From a virus (Duplodnaviria > Caudoviricetes): 64,000 bases of DNA. Both the position numbers and the translations under genes were made by a program. Under the pieces are notes generated by a model. It saw nothing but the letters and a program-made list of their open reading frames with translations, was not told the DNA's origin and ran no database searches. This document shows positions 20,413 through 30,741 of this stretch, piece by piece. Position 1 is the stretch's first letter. Every line of letters starts with the position of its first letter. The DNA lies in IMG/VR virus record IMGVR_UViG_3300035507_000332. One strand, written 5' to 3'.

Positions 20413-21003
20413 ATGGACGAAAACGCCCCAGGATACGCAGGATACATGCAAACCATGCAGGAGGTTGAAGAAAATCTGCAAGCCAAGCTTGTTAAGAAAT
20501 TTGAAGACCAGATTGCATCCGACGATTCAAACAGCGACGAGTGGCAACCGAAGACAAAATTCTACAACGAGCTACTCAGCCTGTACAACATTCTACAAAC
20601 GTTCATCCTTGACGACGAGCCTTATCTAGGAGCGAACGCCAGAGAAATTGTACACAACATCGACCGTCCTCACCTCGACGAAGAAGATCGAAGCAACGAA
20701 CAGATGATTGAGCTAACAAGTCGGCTCAAGTCCATTAACCGAGCGTTCAGAACACTCCTCCTGGAATATAACGTGCGGTTAATGTGGGAAAAGTGCGACA
20801 GATTCACCTTCAACTACCTACTCTTAGGTACAGAAGACTATAAAGCCATAACCATCTGCAAGTACGCCGACCACCTTGATAACCCAGACTTTATGATACT
20901 CTGGGAAGTCAAGCCCAACCCAGAAAAACACACCCACTACCGATTGAAAATTTCCGATCGAGCCACTATCGACGAGAAAATGCCCAGAGAACTAGAATTT
21001 TAA
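20413..21003 (+). CDS. hypothetical protein
   Basis: 196 aa in operon. Confidence 0.75.
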   Translation: MDENAPGYAGYMQTMQEVEENLQAKLVKKFEDQIASDDSNSDEWQPKTKFYNELLSLYNILQTFILDDEPYLGANAREIVHNIDRPHLDEEDRSNEQMIELTSRLKSINRAFRTLLLEYNVRLMWEKCDRFTFNYLLLGTEDYKAITICKYADHLDNPDFMILWEVKPNPEKHTHYRLKISDRATIDEKMPRELEF

Positions 21004-21008
21004 TTCCC

Positions 21009-21413
21009 ATGAAAAAAAGAAAGAAGCTCTCGATTCCCCCACAGCCGAACGACTTGATATTCTACAGCCAGTTCACAGAAACCTACATCTTAGCCACGCT
21101 CAAGAAAAGTTTCTACGGTACAGCCAGGTTGTACTCACCTATCACAGAAGAAGAAATTCTCTTCAACTATGGTGAGTGGGCAAGCAGGGAATTCGAGAAC
21201 TTCTTCCCTTACTTCCGAGGGCAAGGGGAAACAATAAGTTGGTTTACCGAATGTTTCCTCATTGCCGACGACGACCACCTGAAAATTCAGGCATTCTTCG
21301 ATCGAGTCAACGAACAACTCTACGGACCAAAAGAACGTTGGACGCCTCTCGAAATGCAAATTTTGACAAGAGAGATGTTCGAGGATAGAGTCGGAATGCC
21401 AAACGTCGAGTGA
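21009..21413 (+). CDS. hypothetical protein
   Basis: 134 aa in operon. Confidence 0.7.
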   Translation: MKKRKKLSIPPQPNDLIFYSQFTETYILATLKKSFYGTARLYSPITEEEILFNYGEWASREFENFFPYFRGQGETISWFTECFLIADDDHLKIQAFFDRVNEQLYGPKERWTPLEMQILTREMFEDRVGMPNVE

Positions 21414-22249
21414 AAAACTACCACTACTTTCTCGCCTCAACAGAATTTGCCAAAGCAAAGCGCATAGAAGAGGCTGTAATACGCTACTACCAGAGCCTTG
21501 GACATCACGTCAGGTCTGCTAGAAAAGACGAGGAATACACCGACATAGACGTCATTGTCGAAGACTTCCTCACCATTAGCGTAAAAAACCAACAGGCCGC
21601 ATTGCGCACAGGTAACCTAGCCTTTGAAGTCTCTGATAACAACAAAGACTCATGGTTTATCACAGGAAAACCCAGAGTTTACGCAATCTGTTGGGGTGAG
21701 AAGGTACGTTTTTTCGACGCCTTTCAGCTCAAACAACTTGTCTATCTTTTAGAAAGCAAAGGTCTAACTCAAAGAAAAAGAATATCCTGCCAGCAAAACC
21801 GCAAAAATTACATCCCACGCAAAACAATTAACTTAATTGTTGCAATTTCACACCTGCAGGGTATAATCTTAAACGAAATTGATATAAAAAACTACTTACC
21901 GCATATGAGACAAGGCTTTCTTTTTGAAGATTTTGATAATGCCCCAGAAGAAACGTTGCCCATTCAAGATGAATGGTATAAGTTAATGCAACGAGACGAC
22001 GGAACTTTCTACTTGCGCACCCAAAAAGGCAAAGAATTGCCCATGAATTGCGCAGGAAAAGCTCTCAACGAACTCAAAAAAGAAATCCGTTGGTACGACG
22101 AAATCATCTCCGATACCGACGAGGACGAAGAATGGGTGCGCATCCGTGAAGAACTCCAACAACAAGCTAGTTTTCTTGTCCAGGCAATCCGCCTCTACAG
22201 AGAATTCTCTTCACAAAAAGAAGATGGTGCTAACGACGAAGACTTATGA
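21410..22249 (+). CDS. PD-(D/E)xK nuclease-like N-terminal domain + acidic helical domain
   Basis: TDIDVIV...SVKNQ...RTGNLAFE. Confidence 0.55.
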   Translation: MKNYHYFLASTEFAKAKRIEEAVIRYYQSLGHHVRSARKDEEYTDIDVIVEDFLTISVKNQQAALRTGNLAFEVSDNNKDSWFITGKPRVYAICWGEKVRFFDAFQLKQLVYLLESKGLTQRKRISCQQNRKNYIPRKTINLIVAISHLQGIILNEIDIKNYLPHMRQGFLFEDFDNAPEETLPIQDEWYKLMQRDDGTFYLRTQKGKELPMNCAGKALNELKKEIRWYDEIISDTDEDEEWVRIREELQQQASFLVQAIRLYREFSSQKEDGANDEDL

Positions 22250-22575
22250 AAGACTCTCTTTTTGAGGAGGAAGACCGTATTATCTTCCTCCTACAGAATA
22301 ATAAAGGTGCGTTCTATGCCACAACCACCGACGATAGGTACGCTGAATCTAGGGAATTACGTCTCGCCAAAATTTACACGTCCCTCGAAGCCGTAAAGAA
22401 CGACCAGTACCTCCTAAAACGATTCTCAAAAGCCGAGTGGCACATCCGACCACTCGGCTTTGGAACGTATTGTGAAAAGCTCTTTGAAGAAGCCTACCAT
22501 ACCGTTTTTGGCAAGGACGTCAAAGCCGATGAGGTAGACGAAATTCTCAATGAGCTGGACGATTTGTTTTTATGA
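22246..22575 (+). CDS. hypothetical protein
   Basis: 109 aa, ATGA overlap. Confidence 0.7.
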   Translation: MKDSLFEEEDRIIFLLQNNKGAFYATTTDDRYAESRELRLAKIYTSLEAVKNDQYLLKRFSKAEWHIRPLGFGTYCEKLFEEAYHTVFGKDVKADEVDEILNELDDLFL

Positions 22576-24497
22576 TTCTTCGCTTTCTTCTTCTTCATCA
22601 TCCTTAGGGATGGTGGGGGTGTATGGCTCGGTTGTTTTCTCAATGACGGCATTGTAGCTGAGTGCTTCCATACAACGAAGGAATTCGTCTCCGTCGCCTG
22701 AATAAAACTGATTGTTCTCAATAATGATTGTGCCAGATTTGAAGAGGATACTAGCGAAATTGTTGTAATTCCAGTACAGGTACGGACGACCATACGAAGG
22801 ATTGTTTTTAAATTCTGCAATCTTAGCGAAAGTCTTTTTGGTCTTAGGGTCGAAAGAGTCTGTGTAAACGTGGATATTCCTGTCGCTATCTAGGACGAGG
22901 TAAATGTTACTGAATCCGTTTCTTCTGTATTGGTTTATAGTATCTGTCGTCCAGTAAGTTCCTGTTCTCATGCTTACAATGTTCGTATCTAGAAAGAGTG
23001 GGTAGTCTCCATTTTCTCTTTCTCCAGATCTTCTTACATAAACTACGACTTTTTTTGGATTTGTCATTCCTTCGCTTTTGTCGGGGTCTATAAGGGTAGG
23101 ATATAGAACTATATCAATTAGGCAACCGCCTGAAAATTTTAGATACCATGTAGATGCGCCGTCTGCGCTTATGGGGACATAGGGAAAATCGGTGGTTATG
23201 TCTTTTACTTTAGAAAAAAAAGAGGTCCCAGAACATCCAGAACCATATGAAAAGCAAATGCGGTAAGGGTCGTTGTCGTCTCTTATGGTTATGGGGATGA
23301 TTGCAAAAACAGAATTCTCTTCTCTTATAGGGTAAATGTTTTTAGAGTAGTAGCTACTATTCACAGATACGTATTTAATGGCGTCAGCGTCTACACCAGA
23401 CTTTGCACCCCAGGAGTATTTCATGCCTTTGGCTATTTCATAATATGTACACGTGTCGTTGTTGCTACCTCCAACATAAGTTTTCCCCACAAGGTTGATA
23501 GGATTCATCAAAGTAGCAAGCTTAAAAGAAGCTGCCTCCTGAGACAAAGGAACTCCTGTATTGTTAAGAATAACAGGAGCTTCAAAAGTTTTTTGGCCAG
23601 TGATGGTTTGGTCGGACTCAACGTCGATGTAATTGCCAGCGATTTGTTTAGCGTTCCAAGCGTCGATTTGTTCCTGGGTTAGGTGAATGGACGAGTTGGT
23701 TGTGTGGGCTTCAATCTTGGCATCAGTGGTAGCAATAGCTTCCTTTGCTTCATCAACCTTAGCATCCGTACTAGCTACAGCATCCTTTAGTTCATCAGAG
23801 GTGGCGTAGTCGCCTTTTTCTTGGAAATTAGCCTCGATATAAGACTTGGGCAGGACTTGGTTGGCTAATTGGTCTTCTGTGTAGCTATCTGTATCTGTTT
23901 GAACTTGCTCGACCGTGAGAATGGAATTTTTTTCAACGTTGGCACGTGCGCCTCTAAAGTTAAACCAACCATTGAGCCAACTTGTCTGATAACCGCAAAG
24001 GTGTGCGCCTGTTCCAACCAGAGCAAGCTCTCTGCAAAAGTATTTAGCGGCGTTGATTCTTTGGTAATTAGTTGTCGTATCGACATAATCACCTGCGTCT
24101 TGTTTGGCATCCCAAGTAGTTTTTTGTTGTGCGGTAACGTGGATATCGGAATTTTCCGTGTGTTCAGCGACGGACTTAGAGAGTTCAGCGGTTTGTTCAG
24201 TAGTTGTGTAGTCACTGAGATCGACGCTGGTATGCCCGATAAGTTCAAAGCGACCATTAACCCAAACATACTCATCACAATAGTCGTTTAACCCATTACC
24301 GCTCGACGCATTAGAGACGAAGTAAATCACCCCGATCTCGCCAGAGTCAGGGAGCTTATCAACGACGACAGGCTTCAAAGCCGAGTCCAGAGTCGCCAGA
24401 GCGTCCCGAACTTCCTGCTTAGTAGCGAAGTCGCTCACGAAAGGAATCAACCCCTTAGAGGGTGAATGACATAGTAAGTTGTATTGTTAGTTTCCAT
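22570..24497 (-). CDS. second tail fibre / receptor-binding protein; homologous start ATG 24497 is frameshifted, in-frame start TTG 24450
   Basis: N-terminus homologous to 11392..15687; YYVIHP / SKGLIPF split across two frames. Confidence 0.75.
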
Positions 24498-24582
24498 ACC
24501 CACAAAATTTATGTACGAATGTGAAAGAATTTACACTCTTTGTTTTTACCTAGAATTCCCAGAATTGTGTAATCATTAGCGT

Positions 24583-24846
24583 ATGCAAAAGTGGGCACTC
24601 GATAAAAAGCTTGCCGAAATCCTCGCCATTTTTGAATTCGAATTCGGTGTGGAAGGGCAGAGCTACAAAGAACTGAAAGCACTCGCCGATAAGTTAAAGA
24701 CCGACGAAGTAGTAGACAAGAAAGCCACTACCGTTGCCAGCCCAACGGTAGAAGAAACTACCCCTGCGACGCAAGAAGAGACCGTTGTAGAAGTAGCCAC
24801 AGAAGAAGCACAAGAAGAGACAACCGTGCGTCGCCGACGCAAGTAA
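24583..24846 (+). CDS. small acidic protein with RRRRK tail
   Basis: 87 aa, behind GTGTAA motif. Confidence 0.7.
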   Translation: MQKWALDKKLAEILAIFEFEFGVEGQSYKELKALADKLKTDEVVDKKATTVASPTVEETTPATQEETVVEVATEEAQEETTVRRRRK

Positions 24847-24951
24847 GAGACAACACTTTCTCCACCGCAATTCGCCCTCTCCTGGATTTTTTCTGGGGGA
24901 GGGAATTTTTTTCTTGACGCCTCGGAATCTTCACGTAAAATAATAACCGAC

Positions 24952-26304
24952 ATGAAGAAAAAGAAACAAAAGACGGCGCAACTGCCGCAAGTGTTCGATA
25001 CAGAAGACGGCAAGAGATTATTACAAGCCTTCAGAGCAGGTAAAAACATCTTCTTGACAGGGTGTGGCGGTACAGGCAAGTCCTACCTCACCCGAAAACT
25101 CATCACCCATTGTGAGCCAGATACGTACGCAATCTCTGCCTCAACAGGGATTGCCGCAGTAAACATTGATGGGAAGACCTTGCACAAAACGCTAGGCATA
25201 GGCATTGGTCCGAAGAAAGACGAGACCTTCGAGAAATTTGAAGAATGGCTAGAAACTGGACCGATGAAGCGACGTCACTTGGCAGTCGTCAAGAGATTCA
25301 AGCACAGGCACATATTGTTTATCGACGAAATTTCCATGGTAGACGAACGACTGTTCGACTTTGTGGAATTCCGCTTGCGAAAGATAAAAGGCAACGACCT
25401 ACCCTTTGGAGGGATTCAGCTAGTAGTCATTGGCGACTTCCTACAACTTGAGCCAGTAGAAAAGAATCTCCTAGAGCCAAGATTTGCTTTTGAATCTCAG
25501 GCGTGGAAGAAGGCAAACTTCGAGACCATTTACCTGAAGAAAGTTTTCCGCCAAGAAGACAAAGCTTTTGTCGAACTCCTCGCACGAGTACGCACAGGCG
25601 AACAGACGCCACAAGACATCGAGAAACTCTCCTCACGGATAAAAGACGCCAAAGACGCCTCAGTAACACGAGTATTGACTCACAACGAAATGGTCAACCG
25701 TTACAACAAGGCACAGCTAGAGAAAATCGACAAGCCCATTAAAACCTTCACAGCGGACATCGTAGGAGGTACAGAAGACCAACGCAACGAACTCATCCGC
25801 AACGTCCTTTCTCCCGACGTTCTGACACTCAAAGAAGGTGCAAAGGTAATGTTCACAGCCAACTCCCCGAAAGACAAATTCTTCAACGGAGAAATTGGCT
25901 ACATCGAGTCAATGAAAGACTCAGAAACGACAGGTCTACTAGAAGAAACAGCTGTATTGGTGAGACGAGAAGGAGATAAAAATCCAGTACGAGTTGAGCC
26001 TTACACATGGTACGCCGACAGAGAAGATCCACGAGCCGCCAGAATGACTCAAATTCCGCTTCGTTTAGCCTATGCGGTAACAGTCCACAAGAGCCAAGGA
26101 GTCACCCTCAAAGAAGCCCACGTAGACATTTCCCGATGCTTTGCCAGAGGACAAGCTTACGTAGCCTTATCACGAGTCACAGGACTTGACGGATTGACGC
26201 TAGAAGAGTTCAGTCCGAACGTCATCCGCACCCACAGAAAGTGCGTAGAATTCTACAAAACATTGGACGCTCAGTACTCCAGACCACAAGATGTGGTAGC
26301 ATGA
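24952..26304 (+). CDS. Pif1/RecD-like SF1B helicase
   Basis: GCGGTGKS, IDEISM, GDFLQL, FRQED, AYAVTVHKSQG, GQAYVALSR. Confidence 0.93.
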   Translation: MKKKKQKTAQLPQVFDTEDGKRLLQAFRAGKNIFLTGCGGTGKSYLTRKLITHCEPDTYAISASTGIAAVNIDGKTLHKTLGIGIGPKKDETFEKFEEWLETGPMKRRHLAVVKRFKHRHILFIDEISMVDERLFDFVEFRLRKIKGNDLPFGGIQLVVIGDFLQLEPVEKNLLEPRFAFESQAWKKANFETIYLKKVFRQEDKAFVELLARVRTGEQTPQDIEKLSSRIKDAKDASVTRVLTHNEMVNRYNKAQLEKIDKPIKTFTADIVGGTEDQRNELIRNVLSPDVLTLKEGAKVMFTANSPKDKFFNGEIGYIESMKDSETTGLLEETAVLVRREGDKNPVRVEPYTWYADREDPRAARMTQIPLRLAYAVTVHKSQGVTLKEAHVDISRCFARGQAYVALSRVTGLDGLTLEEFSPNVIRTHRKCVEFYKTLDAQYSRPQDVVA

Positions 26305-26323
26305 AAATTTTTTTAGAAAAAAG

Positions 26324-26352
26324 TTGACGTTTCAAGGCGGATGTCATATAAT
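26324..26352 (+). promoter_or_regulatory. sigma70 early-type promoter followed by 5' hairpin
   Basis: TTGACG-17-TATAAT then GTTGACAGGGAAAGCATCCCTTG. Confidence 0.85.
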
Positions 26353-26415
26353 ACGCAACGTTGACAGGGAAAGCATCCCTTGAAACAAATCGTCCAAATC
26401 AAACCAAGTCCTACC

Positions 26416-27114
26416 ATGATGACTGCCTCCGAAAGAGAAAAGTACCTCGCCGATAAGCTCGCAACCGCTATCTCCCTCGACCCAAGCGTTAAAGAAGCTT
26501 ACGACTACATTGAATCCCGAAAGGAACTTCGCCGCGAAAACCCAGAAGACTCCTACCTTGCACGAGAAGAGCAAGAATTCCAGAACATCACCGACAAGGT
26601 GCTCAGTGGCTTCTCCCTCTACGACGAACCTGCAAAATTCGGAGAATACTACAAGTTGGCCGCCTACATCCGAGAACGCATCGCCGCTTGCATCTGGCGT
26701 CACGGAATCACCAGTGGATATACCATGGTTGTCCGTGGCGAAATCGCCAAACACCTCATCGAGCTTGGCTACGACACAGCCGAGAACGACTTCTACGACA
26801 TGGGGCTAGTTGGAATCCCAACCGACGCCGAAGAATTCTCTCTCTGCAACGTATGCCGAGGAGTGGAACTCCACGAAGACCACACCCGAGCAGCAAGACA
26901 CGCTGTTGAAGTCATGAAGCCATGGAACAGGAACGTTCCAGACTTTACCGATAAGCTCTACACGCTCGCCAAGCTTGAAATGATGAACGGCATCCGCAAT
27001 CATAAGAACCGTGCGCTCGCCGAACTCGAAGTCCAGGGCAAGATTGTCGAAATCGCCCAGGAGTTAGCACCTGCGGACGCCTTCGACGGAGACCTTGTTT
27101 TCAAGAAAGCCTAA
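26416..27114 (+). CDS. hypothetical protein
   Basis: Start moved to ATG 26416 downstream of hairpin. Confidence 0.75.
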   Translation: MMTASEREKYLADKLATAISLDPSVKEAYDYIESRKELRRENPEDSYLAREEQEFQNITDKVLSGFSLYDEPAKFGEYYKLAAYIRERIAACIWRHGITSGYTMVVRGEIAKHLIELGYDTAENDFYDMGLVGIPTDAEEFSLCNVCRGVELHEDHTRAARHAVEVMKPWNRNVPDFTDKLYTLAKLEMMNGIRNHKNRALAELEVQGKIVEIAQELAPADAFDGDLVFKKA

Positions 27115-27162
27115 CCAACCTAACGAGAGGGGAGCAATCCCCTCTCGCAACCAAACTCAACT

Positions 27163-27510
27163 ATGGAACTCCCACAAGTCACAAAAGAAGAAGTCCTCGC
27201 CCTATTAGCCACCAAGTCACGAGATGAAATGTTTCAAGAAACAACATTGATTCTCCAGGAGGCATTCCAGAATCTGTACGTATCCTACAAGTACGCCTAC
27301 GAACGCATCCGAGCAATGAACTCACTAGGCACGGAAAAGGCATTTGTAGTCGATTCTGCAACCGTCCTCATGAGCTTAGAGAAGCCGATGAACGACTTGT
27401 ACGACTTCCTCACCAAGTACAAAGAAGAAATCAACACAGTCAACAACTCATTCTACGGAAACCGCATCAAAGAAAAGAAGGCTAAGACGCCACGAAAACG
27501 AAAGAATTAA
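27163..27510 (+). CDS. hypothetical protein
   Basis: 115 aa. Confidence 0.7.
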   Translation: MELPQVTKEEVLALLATKSRDEMFQETTLILQEAFQNLYVSYKYAYERIRAMNSLGTEKAFVVDSATVLMSLEKPMNDLYDFLTKYKEEINTVNNSFYGNRIKEKKAKTPRKRKN

Positions 27511-27513
27511 ACT

Positions 27514-28416
27514 ATGGACATCCAACGATACATCAGCATCCTAGAATCGACGGCAGACGCCTTAAATCTCGCCTACAGGACTCTCAGCGCAAACAAGTTC
27601 ATCAAGCATGGGAACTACGTCTTAACTGCCGATACAGAAAGCTCCAGGTGGCAACTATTGCGCTCATTGATAGAGACAATGCGCCTGTGCGAAAATCAAC
27701 GCCTTTGCGTCATCCAAGAATGGTTTGAAGAAGAGTTTGAAGCCGAACGCCAAAAGCGCAAAGAAATCTACGCCAAAGAAGCCAAGCAAGGCACAGAGCA
27801 CGTAAGAATTACCGAAGACGTCATTCCACGCTCAGAAGTCAAGGAGATGAGAGCAATCACCATTGAATTGCAGAATCTCCGAAATCGAATCTCCGACATG
27901 CGCAAAAACGACACCAAGAAGATTCAGCTCCTTAGTGAGCAAGAACACGAACTCTCCGTCAAGGAATGGGAAGCGCAGAAAGCACTAGTCATCAAGGCAT
28001 TGGACAAAGTAGGCAAGACACGCTTTTATGCCGAAGAATCCACCGACGAAGTAGTGGAAATGAAAACGCTCATCAAGAGTGACTTCAGTTCGCTACTAGG
28101 GTTTGACGACTACCGAGACGAAAACGGACGCAACCTAGCAACCTGCGCAGTTTGCGTATTATCAGCAGGTTGGGGGCTATTGCTGAATGGTGAACTCAAG
28201 CACTACCGAGACGAAACTCTCTTTGAAACCAAAGATGGTGCAAGAGAATGGCTCATCCACTACAACTACCTGAAGAAAAAACAGCAGGAAGTCGAGGAAG
28301 CCAAGTCCAACATTTGCGAAGAACTCCACCGACGACTCTTTGAAGAGCCAGGCGAATCATATCCCTACCGCCAAGAAGCAGATCGAGTCCAAAATTCAGA
28401 CAAGGAAGGAGATTAG
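27514..28416 (+). CDS. coiled-coil hypothetical protein (paralog A)
   Basis: ST.DALNLAY...YLK.KQQE shared with next gene. Confidence 0.8.
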   Translation: MDIQRYISILESTADALNLAYRTLSANKFIKHGNYVLTADTESSRWQLLRSLIETMRLCENQRLCVIQEWFEEEFEAERQKRKEIYAKEAKQGTEHVRITEDVIPRSEVKEMRAITIELQNLRNRISDMRKNDTKKIQLLSEQEHELSVKEWEAQKALVIKALDKVGKTRFYAEESTDEVVEMKTLIKSDFSSLLGFDDYRDENGRNLATCAVCVLSAGWGLLLNGELKHYRDETLFETKDGAREWLIHYNYLKKKQQEVEEAKSNICEELHRRLFEEPGESYPYRQEADRVQNSDKEGD

Positions 28417-28418
28417 AT

Positions 28419-29267
28419 ATGAACTCAGACAAGTACCTACATACAATTAGCAGCACGATCGACGCACTCAACCTAGCGTACGCCGAGATAAACAAGTTCG
28501 AGACGCTAAAGCACGAATTTTTCGATTTAACGAGGGATACGAGTGAATCCAGACAATTAGCCCTGAAAAAGCTAAAACGAGCTTCTGGGGCATGCGAGAG
28601 GCTTAGAATCGCATTTATGAAGGACATGCTCCAAGAAGCCGAGGCTGAAGACAGAAAATCACGAGCCGAGCAATACATCGCCAACCAGGCACGTATTATC
28701 AAAAACGTCTCAGACATTACAGACGCCGAGAAAGTCTCCGAGCTAAAGCAAATTTCCGAAGAGCTGAACAATCTCTCGCAAAAGATAGGAGACATGCGCA
28801 AGAATTTCTCCAAGAAAATCGACCCACTGGAACAAGAAATTAGAGACCTACAAGCCAAAGCAGGAATTCTCAAAGACGAAATCCTCCGAGAAGTTCTTGA
28901 GCAACATGGTCAAGAAGTCTACTGTGTAGATGCTGACACAAGAAACGTCATCCCACTGAAGATTTTGCCAAAGACGATGTTCCATGGGCCGAGACCCTTG
29001 CCCGATCCGCTAGTAGACTTCCTGTACATAGCAGTTAGCCACGTAGGATTGACAAGAGACGGTCAAATTAAAAACTACCACGAAGACTTGACGTACGACT
29101 CCGAGGAGAAAGCCAAGGAATACGCCAAGCGACAAGAATACCTCAAAGAAAAACAACAAGAGATCGACAACGGACTAACAACCATCGACGAAGAATTCGC
29201 ACGCAGGTTGCACCATCCCGAAGAGATTTACCGTAAATCACAAACAACCGACGATATATATGATTAA
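28419..29267 (+). CDS. coiled-coil hypothetical protein (paralog B)
   Basis: End-to-end similarity to preceding gene. Confidence 0.8.
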   Translation: MNSDKYLHTISSTIDALNLAYAEINKFETLKHEFFDLTRDTSESRQLALKKLKRASGACERLRIAFMKDMLQEAEAEDRKSRAEQYIANQARIIKNVSDITDAEKVSELKQISEELNNLSQKIGDMRKNFSKKIDPLEQEIRDLQAKAGILKDEILREVLEQHGQEVYCVDADTRNVIPLKILPKTMFHGPRPLPDPLVDFLYIAVSHVGLTRDGQIKNYHEDLTYDSEEKAKEYAKRQEYLKEKQQEIDNGLTTIDEEFARRLHHPEEIYRKSQTTDDIYD

Positions 29268-29928
29268 GCTTATTCCTCAATCCGTGCAAATCCTCACTTC
29301 TAAAGAAGAATTAGAAAATGGGGTAAAAAGAATAGAGACAATGGGTAGAATTTGTTGGCAATCCGAGCCGAAGTACGAAGATTCCACGATTCCGTTCGTC
29401 AAGATGCTGATTGGACGACACCACGAAAGCGTCTTGGAACACGCCACGTTGTCCGTAATACTGGAAACAGATCGAGCAACCGCCAACCAGTTGGTACGCC
29501 ACAGACTCTGCTCATTCTCACAAGAGAGCCAGAGATATTGTTGCTATACGAACGCCAAGTTTGCAAGTTGCCTGACTGTTATTAAGCCTCAAAATTGGGA
29601 TACCGTGAGCAACGAGTACCACGAAAAATTCGAGAGCGTATGTGACAACGCCTTCCTAGCCTACCAAGAAGCATTGATGCAGAAGGTAAAGCCAGAGGAA
29701 GCTCGACGATTGTTGCCTAATGCCACCAAGACACAAATTGGCGTAACGGCAAATATCCGAGAATGGCGTCACGTATTCAAGGAACGACTTTGTTCCGCAG
29801 CCGAGCCACAGACGAGGGCATTGATTTTTGGTGTGTACAATTGGCTTAAGGGCAACGGTTTTGAGTACCTCATCGAGGACATTGAAACCTCCGACAAGGG
29901 TATTAACGAATACCCAGTCATCAAGTAA
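29260..29928 (+). CDS. thyX: flavin-dependent thymidylate synthase
   Basis: HESVLEH, QLVRHRLCSFSQESQRY, ARRLLP, NIREWRH. Confidence 0.95.
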   Translation: MIKLIPQSVQILTSKEELENGVKRIETMGRICWQSEPKYEDSTIPFVKMLIGRHHESVLEHATLSVILETDRATANQLVRHRLCSFSQESQRYCCYTNAKFASCLTVIKPQNWDTVSNEYHEKFESVCDNAFLAYQEALMQKVKPEEARRLLPNATKTQIGVTANIREWRHVFKERLCSAAEPQTRALIFGVYNWLKGNGFEYLIEDIETSDKGINEYPVIK

Positions 29929-29937
29929 CCACCATAA

Positions 29938-30741
29938 ATGAAGATAGCACTAGTTCAACTAGCTTTAGGAGAATTCTACTACCAGAGTTGGGACAGCTTC
30001 CACTCACTCACAAAGCAGAATTTCTTGCCAAACCACGATGTAACCATTCATCTGTTCACAGATGCCGAAAAAGTAGCGGTGAGGAAAGGGGTTGAGCTAC
30101 ACAAAATATCTTCCAGAAAATGGCCAGAGCCAACGTTTCTGAAGTACAGCTGTGTTTTACAGGCAATCAAGGATAATGAATACGATTACGTCTACTACCT
30201 AGATTCCGACAACGTTTGTGAAGCACCTGTACCAGAAGCGTTGGCGAAGGACGACTTCTCAATCATCTCACCAACCTCCTGGGGAGCTAAGTATGCAGGA
30301 GCATTTTTTGGAGGCAAAACCAAGTTTGTGACAAAGTTTTGCAAGTTAGTCCAAAAAGAAGTAGATAAAATTTTCCGAGGTGAGAAGTTCCCCGACCGAG
30401 AAAATGACGAGGAACTTATGTGTAAATGTGAAGTGTTGGGGTGTAACGTTACCACGTACCCACTCAACGACGTCTTCTGTTGGTACATCCATGGGAACGA
30501 CCATAGTAATTTTTGGATATCACAAGCCGAAAAAGACTTCGTAAAGTCCCACGGATACGACATGTATGTAGACTTTGGATTCCTTAAGGGTGAAGCTCTT
30601 ATTAACGAGAATCTGAAGCTTATTTGCGTGCTGGACTACAAGTCCTATTCAACGTACGGACGACTTGAGCAGATTGCGCCGAAAAGATATCGGATTACGT
30701 GGCAGGACACAGATCTTGGAATTAGCTACTTGGATGTATGA
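29938..30741 (+). CDS. GT6-like glycosyltransferase 1
   Basis: FLP..DV..HLFTD, WPEPT, YYLDSD, YAGAFFGG, NDEE. Confidence 0.75.
   Translation: MKIALVQLALGEFYYQSWDSFHSLTKQNFLPNHDVTIHLFTDAEKVAVRKGVELHKISSRKWPEPTFLKYSCVLQAIKDNEYDYVYYLDSDNVCEAPVPEALAKDDFSIISPTSWGAKYAGAFFGGKTKFVTKFCKLVQKEVDKIFRGEKFPDRENDEELMCKCEVLGCNVTTYPLNDVFCWYIHGNDHSNFWISQAEKDFVKSHGYDMYVDFGFLKGEALINENLKLICVLDYKSYSTYGRLEQIAPKRYRITWQDTDLGISYLDV

Noticed and set aside
11392-24497. DGR or invertase-driven fibre switching
   Set aside because: No reverse transcriptase, template repeat or recombinase in the window
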